The notes under the pieces: generated by a model
Databases searched by the model: none
What the model was told of the DNA's origin: nothing
The model's input: the letters and a program-made list of their open reading frames with translations, nothing else
Shown: positions 47,218 to 57,096 of the stretch, piece after piece
How the letters are laid out: every line of letters starts with the position of its first letter
Position numbering within the stretch: the first letter of the stretch is position 1
Assembly (NCBI GenBank): GCA_030156535.1
Contig: JASGMJ010000009.1
Span: 5,237-69,236, forward strand
DNA length: 64,000 nucleotides
Direction: 5' to 3'
Source: Candidatus Sumerlaeota bacterium
GTDB lineage: Bacteria; Sumerlaeota; Sumerlaeia; SLMS01; JAHLLQ01
Program-made: the position numbers and the translations under genes

Positions 47218-47787
47218 ATGGGACTCTTCGCTTGTTTCTCCCAAGACCTTCGCGCGCGTGGCCGCCGCGTTCCCGGGCCGGGTGCCCTGCTTGCCCGCTA
47301 CTTGTTCAATCCGGGCTATCGCGTCGTTGTTCTCTACCGTCTTGCCGAGTGGCTCCGCCGTCTGCCGTTGCCGATGCGCATCGGCCGTCTGTTTGCCCTC
47401 GCGATTCTGACGCGTCTTTCCCGTGTTCCCGGCGTCGAGATTCGCACTCGCCAGCCCATCGGCGAGGGCGTGGTGTTTCCACATCCGCACGACATCGTCA
47501 TCGGCGGGGGAGCCCGCATTGGCCGCAACGCGACCATCTATAACGGTGTGACGTTTGGGGGTAAAGGGGGCGACATCGAGGACGAATCCGGCGATCTGTT
47601 TGCCCGCTATCCGCGGATTGGCGACGACGTGATTGTTTATCCCGGTGCAAAGATCATTGGGCCGGTGGAGATCGGCTCGCGCTGCGTGATCGGAGCCAAC
47701 TCCGTTGTTCTTCAGTCCTTTGATGAAGACTGCGTGATTGCCGGAGTTCCAGCACGTCTTGTCAGGCGGATATCCCGTGAATCGTAG
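47218..47787 (+). CDS. Hexapeptide-repeat acetyltransferase (serine O-acetyltransferase-like / polysaccharide O-acetyltransferase)
   Basis: Left-handed beta-helix hexapeptide repeats (IGRNATIYNGVTFGG, IGDDVIVYPGAKIIG, IGANSVVL). Confidence 0.75.
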   Translation: MGLFACFSQDLRARGRRVPGPGALLARYLFNPGYRVVVLYRLAEWLRRLPLPMRIGRLFALAILTRLSRVPGVEIRTRQPIGEGVVFPHPHDIVIGGGARIGRNATIYNGVTFGGKGGDIEDESGDLFARYPRIGDDVIVYPGAKIIGPVEIGSRCVIGANSVVLQSFDEDCVIAGVPARLVRRISRES

Positions 47788-49165
47788 TACCGGGCCGTCA
47801 CGGCAACGGCCTCCCCAGGAAACCTTTGCAAAGTCCAGTGTCCAGACGATCGGTGTTCGCTTTATCCTTCTCGTGGCGAACTTCGGAACGGGCATCATTA
47901 CGGCACGCTGGCTCGGCCCCGAAGGTGTTGGCCTGTGCGCCCTGCTCTACATGATCAAGGACGTTGCCTTTCGATTCGGCAACCTTGGCATCGGGACGGC
48001 CTTCTCGTTCTTCATTGCGCGCAAGCTCGCCGGCACGCGGCGCCTCACTTTTCTCGCCTGGGTTCTCGGAGCAACTCTCGCGCTCGTGAGCAGCGGGGTT
48101 CTCCTCGCCATTCGCAAGCAGGCCTGGAGCCCCTGGAACAACGTCGATCTGCCGCTGTTCCTCCTCGCGTTGGGCACCGTTCCCGTGATGTATCTCACGA
48201 CGTTCTTCCAGCGCATCCTCAGCGGCCAGCTCCGCATTACACCCGTCAATGTTTCCAGCATCATCGGCGACTTCGCTCAGTTCGCCGGGCTTGTTGTTTT
48301 CATCGTGATTCTGCCTTGGGGGATTGCTGGCGCCGTTCTCGCCCTCCTTGTCAGCGACCTTCTCCGGCTCTCGTACCTTGTCCTGACGATGATTCGATTT
48401 CCATTCGATGACGAGGACAAAGCCCACGCCGACGACGCAAAGCCTGCGAGGGAATTGATTCCAGCCATTTGGCGCTATGGCCGCTGGCAGTACCTCATTA
48501 TGTTCGCCATGTATCTGGTCGAGGAGATGCCCATTCTCCTGCTCAAGGGAATCACGATGAACGATTCCTTTGTCGGCTTCTTTGCCCGCGCCCGTGGGCT
48601 GGGGCGCCAGACACGCCTGATGACGATGCCGATTTCACAGGTGCTGTTCCCCTTTACGGCGGCCTCCGAGGAAAAGGTCGCCGTTCGCCGCACCAACATG
48701 TTGTGCCGAAACCTCCTGATGATTTCGACTGTCGGCATCGCCTTTTCCTGTCTCATCATCGAGCCCGTCATTGTGTTCCTCTACGGCGAGGAGTTCCGCA
48801 CGGCGGCGTCGGTTTTCTATGTCCTGGCGCCAGGCGTGATCAGTTGGCCAATCGGCCATTTCCTGGCCACGCATCTCTCCGCCTCGGGCGAGCCGCACAA
48901 GGTCTTCTGGGCCTCGCTCCCTCCCGTTATTGTCGGCGGCATTGTTGGCTACTGGCTTGTTGGCGCCTACGGCGTTGTTGGCGCCGGCATGACGGCGACG
49001 ATCATCTACACCCTGCAAACATTCGTGCGTCTCCTGCAATACCACGCAACCTATACCACCACGTACCGCGAGATCCTTGTTGTTACCAGCGAGGATCTCG
49101 CGCGCTACAAGCAGCTCCCATCGCTCGTCATGGGCCGTCTGCGCAGAAAGCCCGCTTCTTCATGA
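47738..49165 (+). CDS. Wzx-like oligosaccharide flippase (MOP superfamily polysaccharide biosynthesis protein). The true start is probably downstream of 47738, possibly non-ATG.
   Basis: 12-14 TM helices and a PST-family-like composition. It lies within the glycan cluster and has a 50-nt overlap with the upstream gene. Confidence 0.65.
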   Translation: MPEFQHVLSGGYPVNRSTGPSRQRPPQETFAKSSVQTIGVRFILLVANFGTGIITARWLGPEGVGLCALLYMIKDVAFRFGNLGIGTAFSFFIARKLAGTRRLTFLAWVLGATLALVSSGVLLAIRKQAWSPWNNVDLPLFLLALGTVPVMYLTTFFQRILSGQLRITPVNVSSIIGDFAQFAGLVVFIVILPWGIAGAVLALLVSDLLRLSYLVLTMIRFPFDDEDKAHADDAKPARELIPAIWRYGRWQYLIMFAMYLVEEMPILLLKGITMNDSFVGFFARARGLGRQTRLMTMPISQVLFPFTAASEEKVAVRRTNMLCRNLLMISTVGIAFSCLIIEPVIVFLYGEEFRTAASVFYVLAPGVISWPIGHFLATHLSASGEPHKVFWASLPPVIVGGIVGYWLVGAYGVVGAGMTATIIYTLQTFVRLLQYHATYTTTYREILVVTSEDLARYKQLPSLVMGRLRRKPASS

Positions 49166-50349
49166 ATGCACCAGCCACCGAGCCCCGCGTCCTCTTCTTT
49201 ATTTCCGTCATGGGACACGGACGGGGCGGCCACTTCTATAGCCTTCGTACGACGGCTGAGGCTCTATCCGCGCACTTCCCCTGCCGGATTGTGATGCTTG
49301 GCAAGAAAGTCTCTCCCGTCATTGCTTCCTCCTCCGTCCCCCATTCGCTTGTTCGCGCAACGGGATGGAATCATCCGGCGGCCGTGCTTGCCATCAAGCG
49401 CGAGATTCGCGAGTTCCGTCCCACCGTCCTGCATTCCTTTGATGTCTCCAGTCACGGGTTGGTCCGCGCCGCAGGGGTATTGAGCAGGCTGCCCGTCGTG
49501 ATGACCAAAGCAGGAGGCCCCAATCCCAAGCGTTTCTTTCCGCGCGCGGACCACATTGTACTCTTCAGCAAGGAGAACGCCGACTTCTTCGCGGCGCATC
49601 CCAAGTTCCGCCGCGCACGCCGCTATCACATTCCCAACCGAGCTGTCGAAATCCAGGACGACCCCCGCCGCATCGCCAAGGCTCGCGCCACGCTCGATCC
49701 CAACCGTCCCACGTTCTTGCGCATCGCACGATTCAACCCTCACTATCGCGAGAGTCTGGTCCAGGCGGTCAACCTCGTAAAACGCCTGAACGGGGATGGT
49801 GCGCCCTGCCAGCTCGTGCTCATCGGTACCCCACAGATTCCGGCCGTTTACGGCGAGATTCTCGCTCTGCGCGACGAGCACATCCACATCTTTGCCGAGG
49901 ACGAGTACACCGTCGAAGCGAGCCAGCTACTTGGCCTTGCCGATTTTGTTGTCTCCACAGGCCGCTCCATCATGGAAGCCAGCAGCAAAGGGAAAGTCCT
50001 GCTGACGCCCTATGCAGGCGGCACGATCCCCGTTCTCGTCACTCCGGAGAACTTCCAGTCGTTCTTTGAGACCAACTTTTCGCCGCGCAATTCGCTTGCC
50101 GACTACAACGAAGAGGCCAACTACGCGCGGCTACGCACCCTGGTTACTGATCGCTCTCAGGCAGATCAACTCAAGAACCAGTCGCGCGAATGGTTCGACC
50201 GCCATTTCAGCATCCACGGTGCCATCGACGCTTACCGTGACGTCTACGAAACCGCCATGAGAGTTGGAGTTGGCTCTCCGCATCCTGTGGATGCTCTCCT
50301 TAACTCGGCCCTCTCACTTCGCCATTATGCCCGCGCAGCCAATGAATAA
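49162..50349 (+). CDS. Glycosyltransferase (GT-B fold, GT4-like)
   Basis: Size and context. ATGA overlap with the flippase. The start is an internal ATG of the long 48469 ORF. Confidence 0.6.
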   Translation: MNAPATEPRVLFFISVMGHGRGGHFYSLRTTAEALSAHFPCRIVMLGKKVSPVIASSSVPHSLVRATGWNHPAAVLAIKREIREFRPTVLHSFDVSSHGLVRAAGVLSRLPVVMTKAGGPNPKRFFPRADHIVLFSKENADFFAAHPKFRRARRYHIPNRAVEIQDDPRRIAKARATLDPNRPTFLRIARFNPHYRESLVQAVNLVKRLNGDGAPCQLVLIGTPQIPAVYGEILALRDEHIHIFAEDEYTVEASQLLGLADFVVSTGRSIMEASSKGKVLLTPYAGGTIPVLVTPENFQSFFETNFSPRNSLADYNEEANYARLRTLVTDRSQADQLKNQSREWFDRHFSIHGAIDAYRDVYETAMRVGVGSPHPVDALLNSALSLRHYARAANE

Positions 50350-51532
50350 TCCGCCCACAGCCTCATCTCCGGTTCGTGAAGAGGGACGTCCCCTTTTGAT
50401 TGTGGGCGATCTGTGCCCCATCAATGCGAATGAGTCTCTCTTTAGAGAAGCGACCTCTCCCGAGGATTTCGGCGGCGAGTGGACAGCCCTTTTTCACAAG
50501 GCAGCTTACTCGATCGCTAATCTGGAGTGTCCGCTAATCGAGTCCCCCTCTCCGGTGATCAAGACCGGTACGGTTATTGGGGCGCCACACGAGACGGCCA
50601 CAGGTCTCTCCCAACTGGGGCTAAAGGCCGTCAGTCTCGCCAACAACCACATAATGGATCATGGTGCGGCGGGGCTCACCACCACCATGAATACCTTGCA
50701 GGGAATCGGAATCGAGCACTTCGGAGCCGGTGATTCTGATGTTATTGCCCGGCGGCAGCATGAGTTCATGTTGGGTGGGCAGAGCGTCATTGTCTTTTCT
50801 GCAGCTGAGCATGAGTTCTCTATCGCGGGCCCGGGTACTCCTGGAGCAAACGGACTCGATCCGGCTCGTCTTGTTCTGGATGTTCATCGTGCCGCCGAGG
50901 CAGGCAAGTTTGTGATCGTTCTGCTTCATGCCGGCAAAGAGTATCACCCCTACCCGCCGCCCGCTCTTCGCGCCCTGTGTGCCGTCCTTGTCGAGGCCGG
51001 AGCCCGCTGCATTGTCTGCCAGCATTCTCATTGCATGGGGGCCATCGAGCGCTTCAACGACAGCGTTGTGTTCTATGGCCAGGGCAACTTCCTGTTTGAC
51101 TGGCACACGCGCCGGCCAGCCTCGTGGTATGAGGGCTTCCTGATTGAACTGGCCATTGATGATTCCGGAAAATTCGATTTCGACCTCCATTGCCTGAAGG
51201 CCGAGAGGGGACGACCGGGAACCCGTCTTCTCGCTCCCGAAGAGTCCACCGCCATACGCGAGCGTCTGTGCGCGATGGGGGCTCAATGCTCCGATCCACT
51301 TTTTCTGGAAGCCGAGTGGCGCCGCTTGTGCGACGCGAAGGCTGCGTTGTATTTCGCCATACTCCGAGGCCACGGGAGAATCCGGCGGGCTCTTGACGCG
51401 AAGATTGGCAGGATCCCCGCACACAAGGGAGAAGAGCTCACGACGCTCCTCAATATAATACGATGCGAAAGCCATCGAGAGGTTCTTTTGACAATCCTGG
51501 AACAAGCCCATGCAGCACGGAAAGGCTCGTGA
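50327..51532 (+). CDS. CapA/PGA_cap-family metallophosphatase-like protein
   Basis: GDLCPIN...LECPL...LANNHIMDHG...HAGKEYHPYP...CQHSHCMGAIE...VFYGQGNF pattern typical of CapA (calcineurin-like). Confidence 0.65.
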   Translation: MPAQPMNNPPTASSPVREEGRPLLIVGDLCPINANESLFREATSPEDFGGEWTALFHKAAYSIANLECPLIESPSPVIKTGTVIGAPHETATGLSQLGLKAVSLANNHIMDHGAAGLTTTMNTLQGIGIEHFGAGDSDVIARRQHEFMLGGQSVIVFSAAEHEFSIAGPGTPGANGLDPARLVLDVHRAAEAGKFVIVLLHAGKEYHPYPPPALRALCAVLVEAGARCIVCQHSHCMGAIERFNDSVVFYGQGNFLFDWHTRRPASWYEGFLIELAIDDSGKFDFDLHCLKAERGRPGTRLLAPEESTAIRERLCAMGAQCSDPLFLEAEWRRLCDAKAALYFAILRGHGRIRRALDAKIGRIPAHKGEELTTLLNIIRCESHREVLLTILEQAHAARKGS

Positions 51533-53141
51533 CTCTATGAATACATCGCGCGCCCATGAATTGGAATCGCCTCTTCACCTCTATCAGGCCGCCCGCTATC
51601 AGAGTGCGGATGGAAAATGGCACGACAAATTCGACTCCGCTGTAGAGGCACTTCCGGCGGAATGCCATGTCTTGACCTCTTCGATTTTGTCGCTTCTCTG
51701 TTTCAGTCAAGTCTGTGGGAACGCAACGCTCCTGCGGGAGATCGTTCGCCAACCGTGGCTCTCGTCCATAAATCCTGATGGAACAGTCAAGCTTTCCGAG
51801 ATTCCTCCGCACGGCTTTCTCGCTCCTTCGGTTGATACAATCGGGAAGGAACTCCTGAGCCGCCTGGAAGCGGAAGCGGAACGAGTTTGTTCGCGATTCT
51901 CCCGCGTTTATCTTCTTCTTTCCGGTGGACTCGACAGCCGGATCATCGCTGGTGTCACGGCGAAGCTTCATCGCAAGGGGATTTTGAAGGAAGCCCCCGT
52001 TGCCGTTACATGGGGATTCGCGGATTCCCGAGACGCCCACTATGCAAGGAAGATCGCTGAGCACTACAACTTTGAATGGATCAACATCCCCTTTGGCCCA
52101 AAGGAGGTGGAGGTCAACATCTCGGAGACCGCTTTGCACCTGGGGGCGCTCCATTCACCCGAGATGCTCCACTACATGACCTGGTTTGAGCGCATCGAGC
52201 CTGATGCACTTGTTCTCGCTGGCAGCTTTGGCGACTCGATCGGTAGGGCAGAGTTCTCCGGCCGGCACCTGCTGGAGTTGAATGAGTTCAAGCCCTCCGA
52301 CCCGTTTTCCCTGCTAAAGCCGGAGGTACGTGGCGCTTCGATTCAGGGCGTCAAGCGTGCGATTGCCGAGCTTGGCGAGCGGGCACCTGGAGCACCCAGG
52401 CATGCCAAGCTTGAGCACTACATGCAGGGATACCGGATGCGAGGGAACCTCTGCCATGCGTTGGGGCTCATCAACAGATACGCAACCATTTACCAGATGT
52501 TCACGGACCCAAGCGTCTATGGCTACATGTGGTCGCTTCATCCATCGTCTCGTACAGACGAAGTGTATGCGAGCCTGCTGGAGGAACTGGACCCCTTTCT
52601 GGCGCGCCTCCCCTGGGCTCGTAACAACAAGGCCGTGAGAGGGAAGACGGCCGGTGCCGAGCAGCGCCTGCTTGCCGCCTATCACGACTACACGGGATGG
52701 TCGGCAGGTCCATTGCGCAGCCATCTGGAAAAGCTCGTTGATCCTGAATGGTTTGAGGCTCAGGGCGTCTTCAATCCTGATGCGCTTGTCGCCATGCGCA
52801 ACACGGTCGCTACGTCGACAACCCGTGTCGGGCGAATCAACGACGTTTGGCTCTGGCTTGCCGGATTCCGCGTCATGGTTGACCACCTGGAACAAACGGG
52901 CCGCAAGATCTCCTACGAGATTCCCGAGCCAATGGATGGGAAGGGCCAGATCAAGGACGAGAGCAGAAGTCTAAAGGTGACCGTTCTCTCTCCTCTCCTG
53001 CGCACAGCCCAGCGTTCTGCTCCGCTTACTGCTTTCCTCAAGGAATGTCGAACGAGATTCCGCCATCTCAAGCGTCTCCGCTTGCGCGCACAGGCACTGA
53101 AGGAATTCCCGCCCACAATGGGGAGCCATGATGCCTCATGA
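51510..53141 (+). CDS. Asparagine-synthetase-family amidotransferase-like protein (PP-loop synthetase domain) lacking the N-terminal Cys nucleophile. WbpS-like sugar-amidating enzyme candidate.
   Basis: PP-loop LLLSGGLDSRIIAG. The N-terminus MQHGK has no MCG glutaminase start. Confidence 0.65.
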   Translation: MQHGKARDSMNTSRAHELESPLHLYQAARYQSADGKWHDKFDSAVEALPAECHVLTSSILSLLCFSQVCGNATLLREIVRQPWLSSINPDGTVKLSEIPPHGFLAPSVDTIGKELLSRLEAEAERVCSRFSRVYLLLSGGLDSRIIAGVTAKLHRKGILKEAPVAVTWGFADSRDAHYARKIAEHYNFEWINIPFGPKEVEVNISETALHLGALHSPEMLHYMTWFERIEPDALVLAGSFGDSIGRAEFSGRHLLELNEFKPSDPFSLLKPEVRGASIQGVKRAIAELGERAPGAPRHAKLEHYMQGYRMRGNLCHALGLINRYATIYQMFTDPSVYGYMWSLHPSSRTDEVYASLLEELDPFLARLPWARNNKAVRGKTAGAEQRLLAAYHDYTGWSAGPLRSHLEKLVDPEWFEAQGVFNPDALVAMRNTVATSTTRVGRINDVWLWLAGFRVMVDHLEQTGRKISYEIPEPMDGKGQIKDESRSLKVTVLSPLLRTAQRSAPLTAFLKECRTRFRHLKRLRLRAQALKEFPPTMGSHDAS

Positions 53142-53400
53142 CGCTTGCAGGCCGAGGTGTTTTTCGCGGAAAGAAGTCTGCGCCATTGGCGCTGCCCCGC
53201 CTGTGAATCAGTTGCCACGTCATTTGGGCACGACGGGATTGCACAGGATTTACCTCCTTGACGTGGGTGTGGGCGAATGATCCGGAGGGTGGGCGGAAGG
53301 GCTGATGAGCCTCGCGGAAGCGACTTTCGCCAGAGCCCCCGCTTTGGCCGGCAGCTCTCTCGTCTGCCCAGATCTATAGAAGCAATCAGAAGGGCATCCA

Positions 53401-54744
53401 ATGCAGGCTGAGCAAACAATGAACGCCACTACCGCTTTACCCCCCTCCTCCTTCAGGGTGGTGCGGAAAGACGACAAGAGCCGCGCTGATGTGCCTTTCT
53501 GGGATTCCATCACGGCTGGCATTCTTTGTTTTGGATTGGTCTACCTGACATTTACCGACTGGCTGGTCGAGTATTTCAATCAAGACATCTTTGTCGCTAT
53601 CAGCCGTTTTTCCCGTGCCATTCTTCTCGGTTACTTCCTGTACTATTTGGCGCGTACTGGTTTTTCGTTCACCCGGTATGGCTTTCGTTTTGGCGGAATG
53701 CTGTTCATTCTGGCCATTTCACTTTTCGTCTACGCACTGTTCGACAACCATGTGCTCGAAGGGCTATATGCGTACGTTCGTACTCTGCATTGGATTATCG
53801 GTATAGTTGTCGCCTATCGTCTGGTGAGAAGCGGGGCTCTGACTCTTGAAAAGCTGGCGAATGCAATACGTGCCATTATTGTGATCGCAGTTGTGTTTAC
53901 TCTTTTCTATATGCGCACACCTGCTTTTGAGACCAGTTACAACGCCAGCGCCTACCCTTTGCTCTACACTCTTCCACTCCTGTTGATGAGGCCCAAACTC
54001 GGCGCCAAGGACCTGATCTTTCTCGCCATGGCTGTCCTTGGCATTATCGTCACAGTCAAGCGCGGGGCTGTGCTGGGGCTTGGGGCGTCTGTTCTTACGT
54101 ATCTTGTCTGTGCCTTCTATGTTACGCGCAGTGCCCGCCATGTTACCCGCCTCATCATGCTCTCGTTTGTTCTTCTCGTTGCGATTTCGGCAACGGCGGC
54201 CTGGCGATGGGAACGAATCCAGGAGAGAACCACGGACGAGAAGTTGCTCGATCCCCAGAAGGGTGGCTCCGGGCGCTTCGGATTGTGGAGGCGAATTTAC
54301 TACAACTGGTCCAGTGGCGACACGACGGTCATTCTGTTTGGCCGTGGCAATCGTACGCACATGTTTACGCATCCAAATCCCAAGCGTATTGTTCACGCGC
54401 ATAGCGATTTGTTTGCCTTCCTCCATGATCAGGGATTGTATGGCGTTCTCCTTCTGGGCCTCTTTCATCTCTCCTATCTCCGAATATTGTTCCCACTTCT
54501 ATTCCGGAGGGATGCGCGTGCGCCTTCCTTTGCGATGGGCTATGTTGTCTTGTGTTGCGTGAATCTTTACTCCGGCGCTTTTAAGGACCCCAATTTCCTG
54601 GTGTTTGCCCTTCTGATCTCCTACGTGGCCGGAACGAGTGCCAAGCCGCCTGCGCGCTACTTCTTCCTTCTCAATCCCCCTCCTGATCCGCCCGCCTCCG
54701 AGGAGGTCAAGGCACAGGCCTTGGTTCATGACCCGGTCTCCTGA
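53401..54744 (+). CDS. Wzy-family O-antigen/capsule polymerase (Wzy_C domain), low-GC gene
   Basis: ~10 TM helices. HAHSDLFAFLHDQGLYG resembles the Wzy_C motif. Local GC is ~45% vs ~65% background. Confidence 0.65.
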   Translation: MQAEQTMNATTALPPSSFRVVRKDDKSRADVPFWDSITAGILCFGLVYLTFTDWLVEYFNQDIFVAISRFSRAILLGYFLYYLARTGFSFTRYGFRFGGMLFILAISLFVYALFDNHVLEGLYAYVRTLHWIIGIVVAYRLVRSGALTLEKLANAIRAIIVIAVVFTLFYMRTPAFETSYNASAYPLLYTLPLLLMRPKLGAKDLIFLAMAVLGIIVTVKRGAVLGLGASVLTYLVCAFYVTRSARHVTRLIMLSFVLLVAISATAAWRWERIQERTTDEKLLDPQKGGSGRFGLWRRIYYNWSSGDTTVILFGRGNRTHMFTHPNPKRIVHAHSDLFAFLHDQGLYGVLLLGLFHLSYLRILFPLLFRRDARAPSFAMGYVVLCCVNLYSGAFKDPNFLVFALLISYVAGTSAKPPARYFFLLNPPPDPPASEEVKAQALVHDPVS

Positions 54745-55876
54745 CGTTCCGGCGGTTCTGATCGCTACGAAGGATGCCGAAAGCCGGGGAGGGGTCGCGG
54801 GATACTACCGCCTCTTCTTCGAGCGCTACGCTCACTCTTCGCCGCGCATCCTCCGCTTCGAGATCGGTTCACGCTCGAAGGATTATTACCGGCGCACCTC
54901 CCGCCCGGTGGCCTATGCTCTCGATTTGCTTCGGGATCTTTGGCGCCTTGGTGCTCTGCTGCGGCGCGACCGTTCCATTCGCGTTGTGCATGTGAACCCC
55001 TCCCTGATTCCGGTTCCTCTGCTGCGCGACGGTCTCGCCATCTTGGTAGCCCGTTTGCTGCGGCGCAGGACACTCGTTTTCTACCGAGGCTGGGATGAGT
55101 CGGAAGTCGCGCGCATCGACCGGTCATCCGTACTCCGAACTCTGTTTCGCGCCGTTTTTGGACACGCGGATCATTCGATTGTCCTCTCGGAGGGATTTGT
55201 TCCGCCTCTTCTCCGTTGGGGCGTCCCCTCCGGAAGCATCAGTGTCTCGAAGACGATGTTCGACGGCCGACTTGTCCAGATGCCTGTCGACCGAACGGGT
55301 CAGCCCCCACGCATCGTTTTTCTCAGCCGCGTCAGTCCCCTCAAGGGCGTCGGCGAACTCCTCCAGGCCGCCGCGGCTCTCCATCGCGAGGGGCATCAAT
55401 TCTCACTCGACATCTACGGCCATGGGGCCACGGACACAATCATCGCCGAACTCGAAGCCATGGCCCATCGCGAGGGGCTCGACGGAATTTGCCGCTTCCC
55501 CGGTTTCGTGGATGGGCCCGACAAGTACGCGGCACTCGCCGACACCGACATCTTCGCGCTTCCGTCATATCAAGAGGGGTGCCCCAACGCCGTGACAGAG
55601 GCCCTCGCTTCAGGGGCTTTTGTGGTCTCAACGCGCGTTGGGGCGATACCCGAGCTCGTCACGCAGGACTATCAGGGCTCGCTGGTCGAACCGCGCGACA
55701 GCCAGGCACTGACAGAGGCGCTCCGCAGTGCACTCGAGAACATCGATGCCATTCGTGGTGGCGCCCTGCGCCGCCGAGCCGCCGCGCTGGAGTCCTTTGA
55801 GGCTGACATCATCATCAAGCAAGTCCACCAAATCTACGGTACTCTCCTTGAGTCACCTTCCCCGGCGAATCAATGA
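54728..55876 (+). CDS. Glycosyltransferase family 4 (retaining GT-B)
   Basis: EX7E motif region PSYQEGCPNAVTEALASGAFVV. It starts at the internal ATG of the long 54638 ORF. Confidence 0.85.
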   Translation: MTRSPDVPAVLIATKDAESRGGVAGYYRLFFERYAHSSPRILRFEIGSRSKDYYRRTSRPVAYALDLLRDLWRLGALLRRDRSIRVVHVNPSLIPVPLLRDGLAILVARLLRRRTLVFYRGWDESEVARIDRSSVLRTLFRAVFGHADHSIVLSEGFVPPLLRWGVPSGSISVSKTMFDGRLVQMPVDRTGQPPRIVFLSRVSPLKGVGELLQAAAALHREGHQFSLDIYGHGATDTIIAELEAMAHREGLDGICRFPGFVDGPDKYAALADTDIFALPSYQEGCPNAVTEALASGAFVVSTRVGAIPELVTQDYQGSLVEPRDSQALTEALRSALENIDAIRGGALRRRAAALESFEADIIIKQVHQIYGTLLESPSPANQ

Positions 55877-57096
55877 CCAAGCCTTCATCCGAACCGATCG
55901 TCTACATCGTAACTCCCTTTGAGAACCGAATGGCAAAGCGGGGAACGCGCTTGCCCGTCCTGGCAGACATGCTGGCCGACCGGGGATTCCAGGTGGAGTA
56001 TCTCACGACGAATTTCAGCCATGCCTACAAGCGTCACTTCACTGAGGAAGAAATCGCGACGGAGCAGGCAAAGCTGAAGTACCGGATGACCGTCTTCTCT
56101 GTTCCCGGTTATCGTTCGAACATCTCGGTGCGGCGTATTATCTGCAATCTCTTGATGGCTTGGCAGATCTGCCTGCATCTGACAAGGAAGCTGCGCAGAG
56201 ACAGCGTCATCGTTGTTCCCTCAAGGCCAGTGGAGTTGGTCTTTTGCATCGCCATCGTCAGGCGCTTGCGTGCGTGCCGGGCAGTCCTGGATATCCGCGA
56301 CATTTGGCCGGATGCGCTGATGATTCGCAGCGCCCCGAAGAAAGCTGTATTTTCCGCTTACTGCAACATCCACCTTCATCCGTCTCTTGCGCGCTACGAC
56401 AGGTACGTCCACATCTCTCCCAGCTTCGTCGATTGGCTGCACCGATACGCCCCGGCCAAGGACTCCATTTTTCTCCCTCCGGGTTTCGATGCATGGCGTT
56501 GGGAGGGGCTGACCAAGAAGGACTATACTGCTTTTCCCCAGCCGCTGCGCATTGTGTGCGTCGGCCTGCTCCAGCACCAGATCGACGTCATGCCGGTCCT
56601 TGAGGCGTTGGTTACCCGCCCCGACGTCACCCTCACGATTGTGGGTGATCCCGGAGAAGGCCAGAGGTACCCGAAGGTGAAGGCGTTCATCGAGGAACAC
56701 CGCATGGCGAACGTGGAGCTCATCGGCGCCGTTCCCCCCGAGCGCATGCGCGACTACCTGGCCGACAAGCACATTGGTCTGGTTCCGATGATCTCCGACT
56801 CGATTCCGAACAAGGTTTTCGACTACATCGGCGCCTTTTTGCCCATTCTTGCTCTTGGTGATTTCGACACAGCAGATTTTGTCGAAGACCAGGGAATCGG
56901 ATGGCGTGCGGGATTCGACGGAGAGTCGGTTGGGAAACTCTTGGACGCCCTGAGTGTCTCCGATCTTCGCGAGAAGTCGCACCGTGTCGCCGAGATACGC
57001 GACAGTTGGAACCGCGAGACGCTCTTTGAGAAATTTATAGATATCATTACGAGCCTGCTGCCTGAGGGCGCTCGAACTAGGAAGGTTAAGTCCTGA
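55873..57096 (+). CDS. Glycosyltransferase family 4-like (WbuB/TuaC-like)
   Basis: GT-B architecture with a C-terminal LVPMISDSIPNKVFDYIGAFLPIL region. ATGA coupling to the upstream GT. Confidence 0.7.
   Translation: MTKPSSEPIVYIVTPFENRMAKRGTRLPVLADMLADRGFQVEYLTTNFSHAYKRHFTEEEIATEQAKLKYRMTVFSVPGYRSNISVRRIICNLLMAWQICLHLTRKLRRDSVIVVPSRPVELVFCIAIVRRLRACRAVLDIRDIWPDALMIRSAPKKAVFSAYCNIHLHPSLARYDRYVHISPSFVDWLHRYAPAKDSIFLPPGFDAWRWEGLTKKDYTAFPQPLRIVCVGLLQHQIDVMPVLEALVTRPDVTLTIVGDPGEGQRYPKVKAFIEEHRMANVELIGAVPPERMRDYLADKHIGLVPMISDSIPNKVFDYIGAFLPILALGDFDTADFVEDQGIGWRAGFDGESVGKLLDALSVSDLREKSHRVAEIRDSWNRETLFEKFIDIITSLLPEGARTRKVKS

Noticed and set aside
42820-47898. Series of long minus-strand ORFs (42820..43836, 43852..44967, 45453..46313, 46204..47898)
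   Set aside because: They are antisense to the nucleotide-sugar dehydrogenase, epimerase, MurA and MurB genes, all of which carry diagnostic motifs.
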